DNA from: Meyerozyma guilliermondii
Taxonomy: Eukaryota
NCBI GenBank assembly: GCA_051546255.1
Contig: CP128817.1
Coordinates: 1,674,001-1,721,903 of the forward strand
DNA: 47,903 bases
Direction: 5' to 3'
A program made the translations under genes and the position numbers. Shown here piece after piece: positions 10,127-18,386 of the stretch. Positions within the stretch are counted from its first letter, which is position 1, and the number at the start of each line of letters is the position of its first letter. The notes beneath the pieces were generated by a model. That model was not told the origin of the DNA, searched no databases, and saw only the letters and a program-made list of their open reading frames with translations.

Positions 10127-11870
10127 CGAACGCCAAATGGATTTCGCGCCGAACAGAGCAAAAAATGTGCAGCCGAAAGAAAAAAAAAGAAAAAAAACTG
10201 TGGAAGCAGTAACGAATGCGGAAATTTTTGACGCGATTTGGTGTCCCGGCTAGGGCATTCCGGCATCTAGCCTGCCCAGGGGGTCGGGCGCGGGTCGTGC
10301 CACCCAAACACCACCCGCCTTAGGCGGCCCCAACACAGCCCCTTCGGCAACTTGCAGGTGCCTCCTGCAGGGCAATATAACCGCAATAGGACATGGTCTT
10401 ATTAACGTGTTTTTCCACTGGTGAAAACAGAACGCGCAATTACTATTATTAGCCATATACTGCCCACGAGGGTCTGATAAAACGTGGGGGATATTGTCAC
10501 GAATCTCGGAGCCAGCCGTTTCATTGCCACGAAAGTATGTGATTTTTTTCGCGATAACACCGGTCGCCATTTTTGGCGTGCTACATTTTTCATTTTCAGC
10601 CCCCTCAGCCAACTTTTGCACTATTTTTGCACTACTACTTTCATATGAGTGTTTTCTCGTTACAGCGCGCACAATAATTTTCAGACGAGAATCTGAATTT
10701 TACGAAGCTATGGTAAACGTTCATGACTTTCTACTAAATTGTTGAATGTCGTAGTCTCGTATCTCGAGGATAGTAGATTTCACTGACAAGAATAAGGACT
10801 AGAAATGGTGAGCTTCAAATGAGATGAGGGCTGTTCTCTGGCACTGCTTTCCTGCGTAAACTCTAGTCCACTAGTCATCTTCCCTTATTGTAGAAGATTT
10901 TTCGCCAATAGCCTGCATTGCGATGACAATGCCAGAAGCTGAACGGCCCAACCAGTCTTTGCTGAACAAAGGGAGTCATTAGCACATTGAGTAAATAACC
11001 TCTCCGATGAACATCAAACCACTAAAATTCTAATCTCTAGCGTTTAAGGGTTATAGTAGTGGCCGCCTCCTAGTACCACATTTGAGCTTTATTCTTTCGA
11101 GACTCTCAACATCTCGTCCCTAAATGGACCCTTTCTATTGTTTGCCAAATTATCTGGTACATTTTGATATTGAGTTCTAGACGACAACATTGGATAAGAT
11201 CTTGGCATTGGGAATGGCTCATTGTAGTATTGTTTCAAATGCTTGACGGTTGGACTACTGGCACGGATGTCTATATGGTTCTGACCGTACCATATGTCAA
11301 ACATAGCTTTTGTCTTGTACTTATTGTCATTATTTCAAGAAATTCTTCATCTTTAAAGATTTGAGAATTTACCGGACCCAAACCTTAAAGCTCTGACACT
11401 TCGGACCACCAAATAAGTTTACATTTCAAATTGCATGAGTGGCCAAGAAATTTTCTTGCTTCTAGGGCTACTCATTTGTACTCATTTGATTTTGGTGTAC
11501 ATTACCAAATCTTGGGATTTCACGATAGGTGTAATTTTCATCTCATTTGCGAGGACCTTGGGTGGTTATAAACATAGTAGTAGCATCATTTCTCAGTCAT
11601 AACCTGAAACTGCATCACACTGAAGACGTCCTACAACGAATTTCTTGAAATATAAGTGCTCCATAAGTGATATTCTATTGGCTGCAAAAAGGTAATTAGC
11701 GAAGGAATTCTGCATAGAAGGATCTTCCTCGAACTTAGAGCAGGTAAAGCACCCCTTAACTTATCGTAGAATCCTTTCAGCTAGATCAGCTAACTCATAG
11801 CCATATTTCACATTAAAGATTGCAAGCACTTCCGAGTACAGTGCCCTCACAAGATTGTTGCAAGCAGGAG

Positions 11871-11933
11871 AATACATCAGTACACCAGGGCTATAAAGTG
11901 GCTGCAAAATCGCATGGCAATTTTTTCTTTATC
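11871..11933 (-). repeat. Inverted, diverged internal copy of the subtelomere-telomere junction (homologous to ~47494-47552)
   Basis: The reverse complement of 11871-11911 (GATTTTGCAGCCACTTTATAGCCCTGGTGTACTGATGTATT) aligns ungapped at 32/41 with 47512-47552 (GAATTTGCAGCCATTTTATTGTACTAGTGTACTAGTGTACT). Similarity continues with small gaps to GATAA(A)GA. Confidence 0.7.
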
Positions 11934-12544
11934 TCTAAGAGGTCCAGTTCGCTCGAGTACATTTCTTGCGCAGTCACCTGCTCAATAAAGGTATTAGGAG
12001 TGAACAACTTACATTGCTAAAGACGAAAACTATTATGATCAATGGCCAGACAACTTTGCTATTTTATTATGAAGCTAACTGAAATTTATTCTGTTTGCGA
12101 CAAACAGTACGAATGAACGACATACATTATTAAAGATAAACATATTCAAAATACGCGCTAACCACAAGCTAATGAGAGCAAATGTTCGATAATCACAACT
12201 TAGCGAGGAAATTGAACCGTGATCTACTCATTTCATGTCATTTCTTACATCCCGGTAATGAAGTTATCAAATTCATGCATTATTTGAAAAACTAACAGAC
12301 ATTTAAAATTAATAGATAGAGCTAATAGAATTGTTGCTTAAAAACCTGTAATATCTCTGTGTTTGTACCAAATATAATTGTGTTCGTGGCATGTTCCACA
12401 CGTACGTTACACCAATGGCTCCGTAACATTTGTGGACAGGTGTTCGCTGTTCGTTGGATTGCCTGCTCGGTGAATTCTACTTGCAAATAATATATCTCAA
12501 CTGTTCTGATTATCTGCCCTTTTTTTATGTTCATTACTATTAGT

Positions 12545-13531
12545 CTAATTGTTATCAACATATTGCTTAACGCAATCATAGACCGAGGTTTCCAAGTCAA
12601 TGAACTTGTCACCAATGATCTTTCTACTAGCGGAACTGTCAAGCACATATGGCAACTTGACCTTTTCGGAAGAGCCCTTAACGACGTTGAGTTGTGGGAA
12701 TTTCTTGTTGATGATGTCAAGAATCTTACGGAAGTTGAACTCTTCGGAATTAACCAACAATCTTTGACCAGCAGCATCTGGAGATTCAAAGGCTGCAATA
12801 TGAGCTCTAGCCACATCACGTACATCGGCAAAATAACCATCAGTTTCGGGAAGTGGGTCTTCCGGCTTCAAGCGCAACAGTGAAAGAAGAATTTCGCTGG
12901 TGAGGTTCATACCGCCTTTCACCGACGAGTCAAAAGCTTGGGGACCGAATACGAATACGGGGTTAACGGTGGTCAATGTCCAGCTTGGTTTGTTTGTTTC
13001 AACGAACTCCCAAGCAGCCTTCTCAGCAAAAGTCTTGGAAGCAACGTAAGCTGTAAGCCCGTTTTGTAAACCTTCATCCCAGGTGATGTCGTTCCATTCC
13101 TTCTCGTTAATGGTGCCTGTAGGGCCCCTCGTCACCTTGGCGATTGAGACAATAGAAGATGTAACTACTACCTTCTTGACATTTTTACCATGAGCCTTGA
13201 TTGACTTCAATACATTTTTGGTACCATCAATTGCTGGCAACAAGAGATCATTTTTCAAGTCTTCGGTAGCAAACGTAGCTGGGGAAGCAGTATGTAAGAA
13301 TACCTCAACTTCTGGGTGATTTTCAAGCGCTTTGTCAAATGCTCCTTCCTTAGAAAGCGATTCGATAATTTCGTAAGACAAGTTTGAACTTTTAAAGTTT
13401 TTGATAAGGTCCTCTCCCTTTTGCTGAGATCTAACAGATCCAATCACCTTGTAGTTCTTTTCAAGCAATTGCTTGATAATGTGTTGAGCAATAAAGCCAT
13501 TGGCGCCGGAAACAAAAACTGTGGTAGACAT
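12545..13531 (-). CDS. GRE2: NADPH-dependent methylglyoxal reductase, Gre2/Grp2 family (extended SDR), copy 1
   Basis: VFVSGANGFIAQHI Rossmann motif, FLHTASP, VVVTSS, catalytic YVASK, VNPVFVFGP and DVRDVARAH. Confidence 0.92.
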   Translation of the reverse strand: MSTTVFVSGANGFIAQHIIKQLLEKNYKVIGSVRSQQKGEDLIKNFKSSNLSYEIIESLSKEGAFDKALENHPEVEVFLHTASPATFATEDLKNDLLLPAIDGTKNVLKSIKAHGKNVKKVVVTSSIVSIAKVTRGPTGTINEKEWNDITWDEGLQNGLTAYVASKTFAEKAAWEFVETNKPSWTLTTVNPVFVFGPQAFDSSVKGGMNLTSEILLSLLRLKPEDPLPETDGYFADVRDVARAHIAAFESPDAAGQRLLVNSEEFNFRKILDIINKKFPQLNVVKGSSEKVKLPYVLDSSASRKIIGDKFIDLETSVYDCVKQYVDNN

Positions 13532-13558
13532 GATTAATCTTCTCGTTCCATCACCCTC

Positions 13559-13717
13559 CTTTTATACTTTTGAAATGAAAACGGAGCCGCATATATGTTG
13601 GGTGGGTGAAATTTTGCTGCGAACATTTGACGGAAATAAAACGGTGTCACGGAGATCATTTTGACAGCACGGAGATTGCGCGGGCCGAACTCCCGGCGCT
13701 ATTATTAGTACGCGGAG
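13559..13717 (-). promoter_or_regulatory. GRE2 copy-1 promoter: TATAAAAG plus a cluster of CGG half-sites (Zn-cluster factor type)
   Basis: TATA at 13559-13566. ACGGAG 13581, ACGGAA 13630, ACGGTG 13641, CACGGAGAT at 13648 and 13668 (direct repeat), GCGGAG 13712. Confidence 0.45.
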
Positions 13718-14294
13718 CTCAACAAAAAACTCAATACGACTAATCAAGCTGATGTGTTCTTTGCGGCTATTCGAAGGAAGTGACAAATTTCTAGGCGATT
13801 GTAGGCATAAGTGTTTCTGACATCAAATATAACCGCGCCAAATTGCAAAGTTTCTTAAATTAAGGCGCCCATAAAGTTGCTGTTTATGGATAATGGTTGC
13901 ACCTCATCATACAAGCTTCCATGAAATGGCCCCATGGCTATGCCACGAGCATATTTGCTGCACGTAAATAGTGTAAAACCAAAAAAATTCTCGCTCTTAA
14001 AGTGTCATCGAGGTCAGCTTTGCACTTCTGTCGATATTCATCAAAAAGATGAATCATATTATAGCTTCATGTTGACAATTCTTGAAGATTCATCTCAAGT
14101 ACGTCTTGTTTTTGCATCCATTTTATCTCTCACTGAAAACAAGTGTAGTTTGTTGTCGTATGAATCAGCAACTTAGACGTTTAATTTTACAGAATACAAG
14201 CACAATGTATCGATCATGAAATCAGATCTGAGATACAAAACAACGCGCCCGTATTTAACGCAAATGTTTGTTTCGCTTTTCGTGTGCAGTCCTC

Positions 14295-15245
14295 ATGACA
14301 TTTGCACCTCGACTATTGCAATGTAGTGCTGATACTTTGGCACAACTATCCATACTATGCGGACTTCCTGTGCAGTCCACGAAGGCGGCAAGAACCCAGT
14401 CATTGCTTGACGGGTTGAAAATAGGTGCCAAATTGCCCACAAATATGCGAGTATTGGCTGTTGATATGGGTATCAAGAATTTCTCCTATTGTCAAACTGT
14501 CGCCAAATCGAAACCCACGATTGAAAAATGGACAAAAGTCGACTTGAATAATGAATACGGAGCCACGTTCAAGGCATTGACAAGCGATCCTGGCTCGTTG
14601 ATCGATTCGAGACGCTACCTTAGTCATTTGGCATACAACATTGTTTCCACCATAATCAAGGATAAACCCCATTTGATCATGGTGGAAACACAAAGAACGC
14701 GTTCGAACAACATGAATTCCACGCTTCCAAACGTATTGTTGAATTATACTTTGGAAAACATGATCTATGCTGTGCTTTACACGCTCAAAACTGATGCGGT
14801 GATAATCCCCATGAACGCTAATAATATGATCAGTTTCTGGCTCAATCGGTTCGTCGATAAGAAGTCATTGGGCTCGAACCCCAAAAAACTTCGCATAAAA
14901 TTGGCATTCGAATGGCTTGCTCGTGAAGATTTGCGGCCATTTATCTTTCACAATTCTCTTCCACCAGACTTTTCCAGTTTATCCACCCCAAACAAGTCTA
15001 GAGCATTGCTAAATGCATTGCAAATGTCGCCAAAGGAAAAAGTCGACGACTTGATCGATAGCTTATTGTATGCATTGACTGCGAACGAAATTGTCACCAA
15101 CCAGAAAAAACTAGCCCGCGCATTGGAACAGGACCAAGATATCGCTGCACTCGTGCACAATTTGAACCAAAATCATCTACGTCTAATCAGCCGCCTAGCA
15201 GCCGACGGTGACGTTACACTAGCTAAGATTTATGCAAACATGTGA
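14295..15245 (+). CDS. CCE1: Mitochondrial cruciform-cutting endonuclease (Holliday junction resolvase, Cce1/Ydc2)
   Basis: SAP-like N-terminus (LAQLSILCGL), VLAVDMGIKNFSY, MVETQRTRS and KVDDLIDSLL catalytic acidic motifs. ATG 14295 preferred to the TTG start in the track. Confidence 0.9.
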   Translation: MTFAPRLLQCSADTLAQLSILCGLPVQSTKAARTQSLLDGLKIGAKLPTNMRVLAVDMGIKNFSYCQTVAKSKPTIEKWTKVDLNNEYGATFKALTSDPGSLIDSRRYLSHLAYNIVSTIIKDKPHLIMVETQRTRSNNMNSTLPNVLLNYTLENMIYAVLYTLKTDAVIIPMNANNMISFWLNRFVDKKSLGSNPKKLRIKLAFEWLAREDLRPFIFHNSLPPDFSSLSTPNKSRALLNALQMSPKEKVDDLIDSLLYALTANEIVTNQKKLARALEQDQDIAALVHNLNQNHLRLISRLAADGDVTLAKIYANM

Positions 15246-16610
15246 TTATGTACTGGAGATATCAAAAATGAGCGATGGATCTTTTTTAGCGTCCTTATCG
15301 TCTTCGTCCTCTTCTTCATCATCATCATCGTCGTCGTCATCGTCGTCATCGTCATCATCATCCTCATCATCCTCATCTTCGTCTTCCTCTTCGCCTTCTT
15401 CACCCTCTTTCTGTTTCTCATTAAAGTTGCTTATGGCGCCTATCCGCTGTCGCAACGTTTCCACGATATCCACCCATTCCCTCATTCCTCCCATTCCGAT
15501 GTCACCACAAGCAAGCACCTTTTCCACCGGCTTGAGAATCTCGATTCCAAACCCATACTCTGCGGACGAAATCACTTGGAGTTGTTTGGCGGTGACAGGA
15601 TGGGTGTACATAAAAGTATTCATAGCTGGGGCCACCAAAATGGGCTTCTTTGGTGTGGTTGAAGACGAATTCAAGGAGCCCCAAGAACGGACGATCGACG
15701 TCACCAAGTTATCGGCGATTCCATGGGTTATTTTGGCGAGAGTATTGGCAGACAATGGTGCAATTAACATGATATCGGCCCAGCGACGCAATTCATTGTG
15801 GAGAATCATTTTTTCAAACGGATTTTTGGTCTTTTTTGTTTGTGAAGAGGTGGTGGTGGTAGTGGTGGTCGCCACGTCGTAATTGGCCCATTCGTCTTCG
15901 TCTCGCCAAATCTTGACGTCATTACGAATCTTGAGGCCCTTGAGAAAATGGGTAGCAGCCTTGGTGACCACGAGCTGGATCGAGATCTTGGACTTGCCAA
16001 AGATCTGGAATAACCGGTCCAATATCAACGGCACTTTGATGGTAGCAACGGACCCGGTGCATGCGAGAAGAATGTGAATTTTTCCATCGTCTTCTTTCGA
16101 CAAGTATTCTTGGAAAGGAACCGGCGGGCCAATGGGCGACGCCACGATGGTCTTGTTGGACTTTTTGACGGAGCCTTTGCGCGAGGGAATCTCGACGGAA
16201 GGAACTCTGGCTCCAGAGCCTCTTTCAATTCCATCCCTTTCCTTTTCGCTTTTCCCGTTAGGAGGCGACGGCGACTTGTCAAAATACTGGTGCTGGCGAC
16301 CATGGCCCGGTGACACTGGCGACGCCACCCGAGAGTTTCCTCGAGAAGATTCGTTGCTGGAAGTGATATAGTCGTGGTTCAACTTCAACGGAGTGTTTCG
16401 AGGGTGCGAACCCTTGGCAATAAACAGCATAACATCATTGTCATTTATAGAATTGTTGCGAGAAGTTTTTTGGATTGAACCCTGCCTTTCCAAAGCAGGT
16501 ATGGTTGCTATATTAGCAGAGGATGGCTGGGCGGATATGGTGAACCTCCTGGCACGGTCGGAGCCGTCGTCGCAGAAGGAAACCAGCGGAGTGATTCCGT
16601 CATTTGCCAT
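15246..16610 (-). CDS. CAB3: Phosphopantothenoylcysteine decarboxylase subunit (Hal3/Cab3 flavoprotein family) with an acidic tail
   Basis: ILLACTGSVATIK, LHNELRRWADIMLIAPLSANTLAK, PAMNTFMY and LACGDIGMGGM, which carries the catalytic Cys as in Cab3; poly-D/E C-terminus. Confidence 0.85.
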   Translation of the reverse strand: MANDGITPLVSFCDDGSDRARRFTISAQPSSANIATIPALERQGSIQKTSRNNSINDNDVMLFIAKGSHPRNTPLKLNHDYITSSNESSRGNSRVASPVSPGHGRQHQYFDKSPSPPNGKSEKERDGIERGSGARVPSVEIPSRKGSVKKSNKTIVASPIGPPVPFQEYLSKEDDGKIHILLACTGSVATIKVPLILDRLFQIFGKSKISIQLVVTKAATHFLKGLKIRNDVKIWRDEDEWANYDVATTTTTTTSSQTKKTKNPFEKMILHNELRRWADIMLIAPLSANTLAKITHGIADNLVTSIVRSWGSLNSSSTTPKKPILVAPAMNTFMYTHPVTAKQLQVISSAEYGFGIEILKPVEKVLACGDIGMGGMREWVDIVETLRQRIGAISNFNEKQKEGEEGEEEDEDEDDEDDDDDDDDDDDDDDDEEEDEDDKDAKKDPSLIFDISST

Positions 16611-16786
16611 GGTGATGAGTGATCTGAATTGTTGGCCTGTTTATGCAGGGACGATCTGGTGTGGGGGCCCGCGCCGCGTGCAGGCGCCTAGGTTCCACTA
16701 TGTGCTGTAGGCAGTCTCGCACTGGCAGTCGCACTGGCAGCCTTCGCATTCGCGCTGTTCATTTACAGCTTTCCTGGCCTCTTAAC

Positions 16787-17287
16787 ATGAATCTCCGCCA
16801 GCAATTGACCCAGTTTCTCACCATGGCATTTGTCTTTTCCTCGTCGTTCATGGCGTGGAAAACCTTGTCTGTGGTGACCAATTCTCACTCGCCCGTGGTG
16901 GTGGTTTTATCTGGTTCGATGGAACCGGCTTTTCAACGTGGAGATATTCTTTTCTTATGGAATCGACAGCGTCAGAATAAAGTGGGCGATGTAGTGGTGT
17001 ACGAAATCAAGGGTAAAGACATTCCTATAGTCCATAGGGTGTTGAGGGAACATCATAATCTGGAAAAACAGTACTTGTTGACTAAAGGTGATAACAATCT
17101 TGTTGATGATTTGGGGTTGTATGCCAAAAAACAAGGATATTTGAACCAGGCAACCGACTTGGTGGGCACAGTAAAGGCGTATTTGCCAAAGGTGGGGTAC
17201 GTGACCATTTTGATCAGTGAAAACATGTATGCTCGGTACGCGCTTTTGGGGATAATGTGTATCAGTAGTTTATTGACTGGGGAGTAG
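16787..17287 (+). CDS. SEC11: Signal peptidase complex catalytic subunit
   Basis: [29 protein letters not shown] and LLTKGDNN; 166 aa from ATG 16787. Confidence 0.97.
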   Translation: MNLRQQLTQFLTMAFVFSSSFMAWKTLSVVTNSHSPVVVVLSGSMEPAFQRGDILFLWNRQRQNKVGDVVVYEIKGKDIPIVHRVLREHHNLEKQYLLTKGDNNLVDDLGLYAKKQGYLNQATDLVGTVKAYLPKVGYVTILISENMYARYALLGIMCISSLLTGE

Positions 17288-17378
17288 GGAATGCAAGCAA
17301 AAACGAGACGAAGAACCTGTAGTAAAAAATGAAGCCAACAATCCACATAGTTTGTGTCTGTTCAGTGGTTTATTCTGC

Positions 17379-17385
17379 AAAAAAA
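17379..17385 (-). terminator. RNA polymerase III terminator (T7) shared by the tRNA pair
   Basis: A7 on the + strand, immediately 3' of tRNA-Thr on the - strand; there is no T-run between the two tRNAs. Confidence 0.8.
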
Positions 17386-17458
17386 TGCCTTCAGCCAGAT
17401 TCGAACTGACGATCTCCTCATTACTAGTGAGGTGCCTTACCAACTTGGCCATAAAGGC
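17386..17458 (-). tRNA. tRNA-Thr(AGT)
   Basis: GCCTTTATGGCCAAGTTGGTAAGGCACCTCACTAGTAATGAGGAGATCGTCAGTTCGAATCTGGCTGAAGGCA: 7-bp acceptor stem, CCTCA/TGAGG anticodon stem around CT-AGT-AA, GTTCGAATC T-loop; 73 nt. Confidence 0.95.
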
Positions 17459-17467
17459 TGGATAATT

Positions 17468-17541
17468 CGACCTCGGAGAGGATTGAACTCTCGATCTTGC
17501 GATTAACAGTCGCACGCCTTAACCAGCTTGGCCACGAAGTC
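17468..17541 (-). tRNA. tRNA-Asn(GTT)
   Basis: GACTTCGTGGCCAAGCTGGTTAAGGCGTGCGACTGTTAATCGCAAGATCGAGAGTTCAATCCTCTCCGAGGTCG: cloverleaf with a GTT anticodon, close to yeast tRNA-Asn; 74 nt. Confidence 0.95.
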
Positions 17542-17639
17542 TTATTGTGGGTCAAGTTCGCACCGAGTGTATACATTGTGCTTTTCGCATTTAAGGTTTC
17601 AGTCGAAGTTTATAAACCTTGCCTTTTTTCTTCATTGCT

Positions 17640-18341
17640 ATGCTTCAGGGTCAAAGAGCTCTTGTCACTGGAGGCTCCCAGGGGCTCGGTTTGGCTATAG
17701 CAAGAAAGTTGGCTCATTTGGGCTGCTCTGTCACACTTGTGGCTAGAAATGAATCCAAGTTAAAGGCGAACATTGCCGATTTTCCTTCTGATGCTCGCCA
17801 TGATTATTTGGTCATGGATCTTCAACGTCCGAATTTCACTCAATTGGCAAGTAATTTACAATCCAAGACAATTTTGGTCAATTGCGCTGGGATCTCAAAC
17901 CATTCTTTGCTTCCCAGACTCAGCGATGATCAAATTGCTGCTACAATTAACCTCAACTTGACAACTCCAATCATTCTTTCCAAATTATCGTACAAACATA
18001 TGCTAAAAAACAACCAGGACTTTGTTCCTACAATTCTCAACATAGCATCGGTTCTCTCTTATACCAAAATTACCATGCCAGGAACCCTGGTGTATGCTGC
18101 TCTGAAAGCAGGACTTTTAGGATTCACTCAGTCGCTTGCTTCCGAGTTGAAAAATAAGGTGAGAGTCAATGCTCTTTTGCCAGGATTAATTGCGGAGACC
18201 GAGATGGGCGCTTCGGTGAAAATTCCCATAAAAAAAGTAGGACTTGATGAATGTGCTGAGCAAGCGGTAGCTATGATCATGGACCAAAAGCTTTCGGGAA
18301 GGTGCGTTGTATTTGACGCCAAGGGTAAGCGAGAGATCTGA
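17640..18341 (+). CDS. OAR1: Short-chain dehydrogenase, mitochondrial 3-oxoacyl-ACP reductase type
   Basis: ALVTGGSQGLG, LVNCAGI, ILNIASV, GTSVYAASKAG (CTG read as Ser) and VRVNALLPG. ATG 17640. Confidence 0.75.
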   Translation: MLQGQRALVTGGSQGLGLAIARKLAHLGCSVTLVARNESKLKANIADFPSDARHDYLVMDLQRPNFTQLASNLQSKTILVNCAGISNHSLLPRLSDDQIAATINLNLTTPIILSKLSYKHMLKNNQDFVPTILNIASVLSYTKITMPGTLVYAALKAGLLGFTQSLASELKNKVRVNALLPGLIAETEMGASVKIPIKKVGLDECAEQAVAMIMDQKLSGRCVVFDAKGKREI

Positions 18342-18386
18342 CCTCCGGAAAATTCGAAGAGGCGTTTGATTCTTTAGGTTTTTGAG

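Noticed and set aside
11089..11364. Short ORFs in the 10.7-12.5 kb interval
   Set aside because: 60-71 aa with no recognisable motifs; cannot be supported as genes.
15232..15882. 216-aa poly-Ser ORF on +
   Set aside because: Antisense of the CAB3 Asp/Glu tail (GAT/GAC codons).
16711..16740. TCGCACTGGCAG direct repeat between CAB3 and SEC11
   Set aside because: Real but only two 12-bp copies; no factor or function can be assigned.
16643..16786. N-terminal extensions given by the ORF track (SEC11; likewise BUD22, TMA19, DAP2, MIM2 and the adhesin)
   Set aside because: The extensions lack family similarity and run through promoter sequence or neighbouring genes; downstream ATGs match the conserved N-termini.
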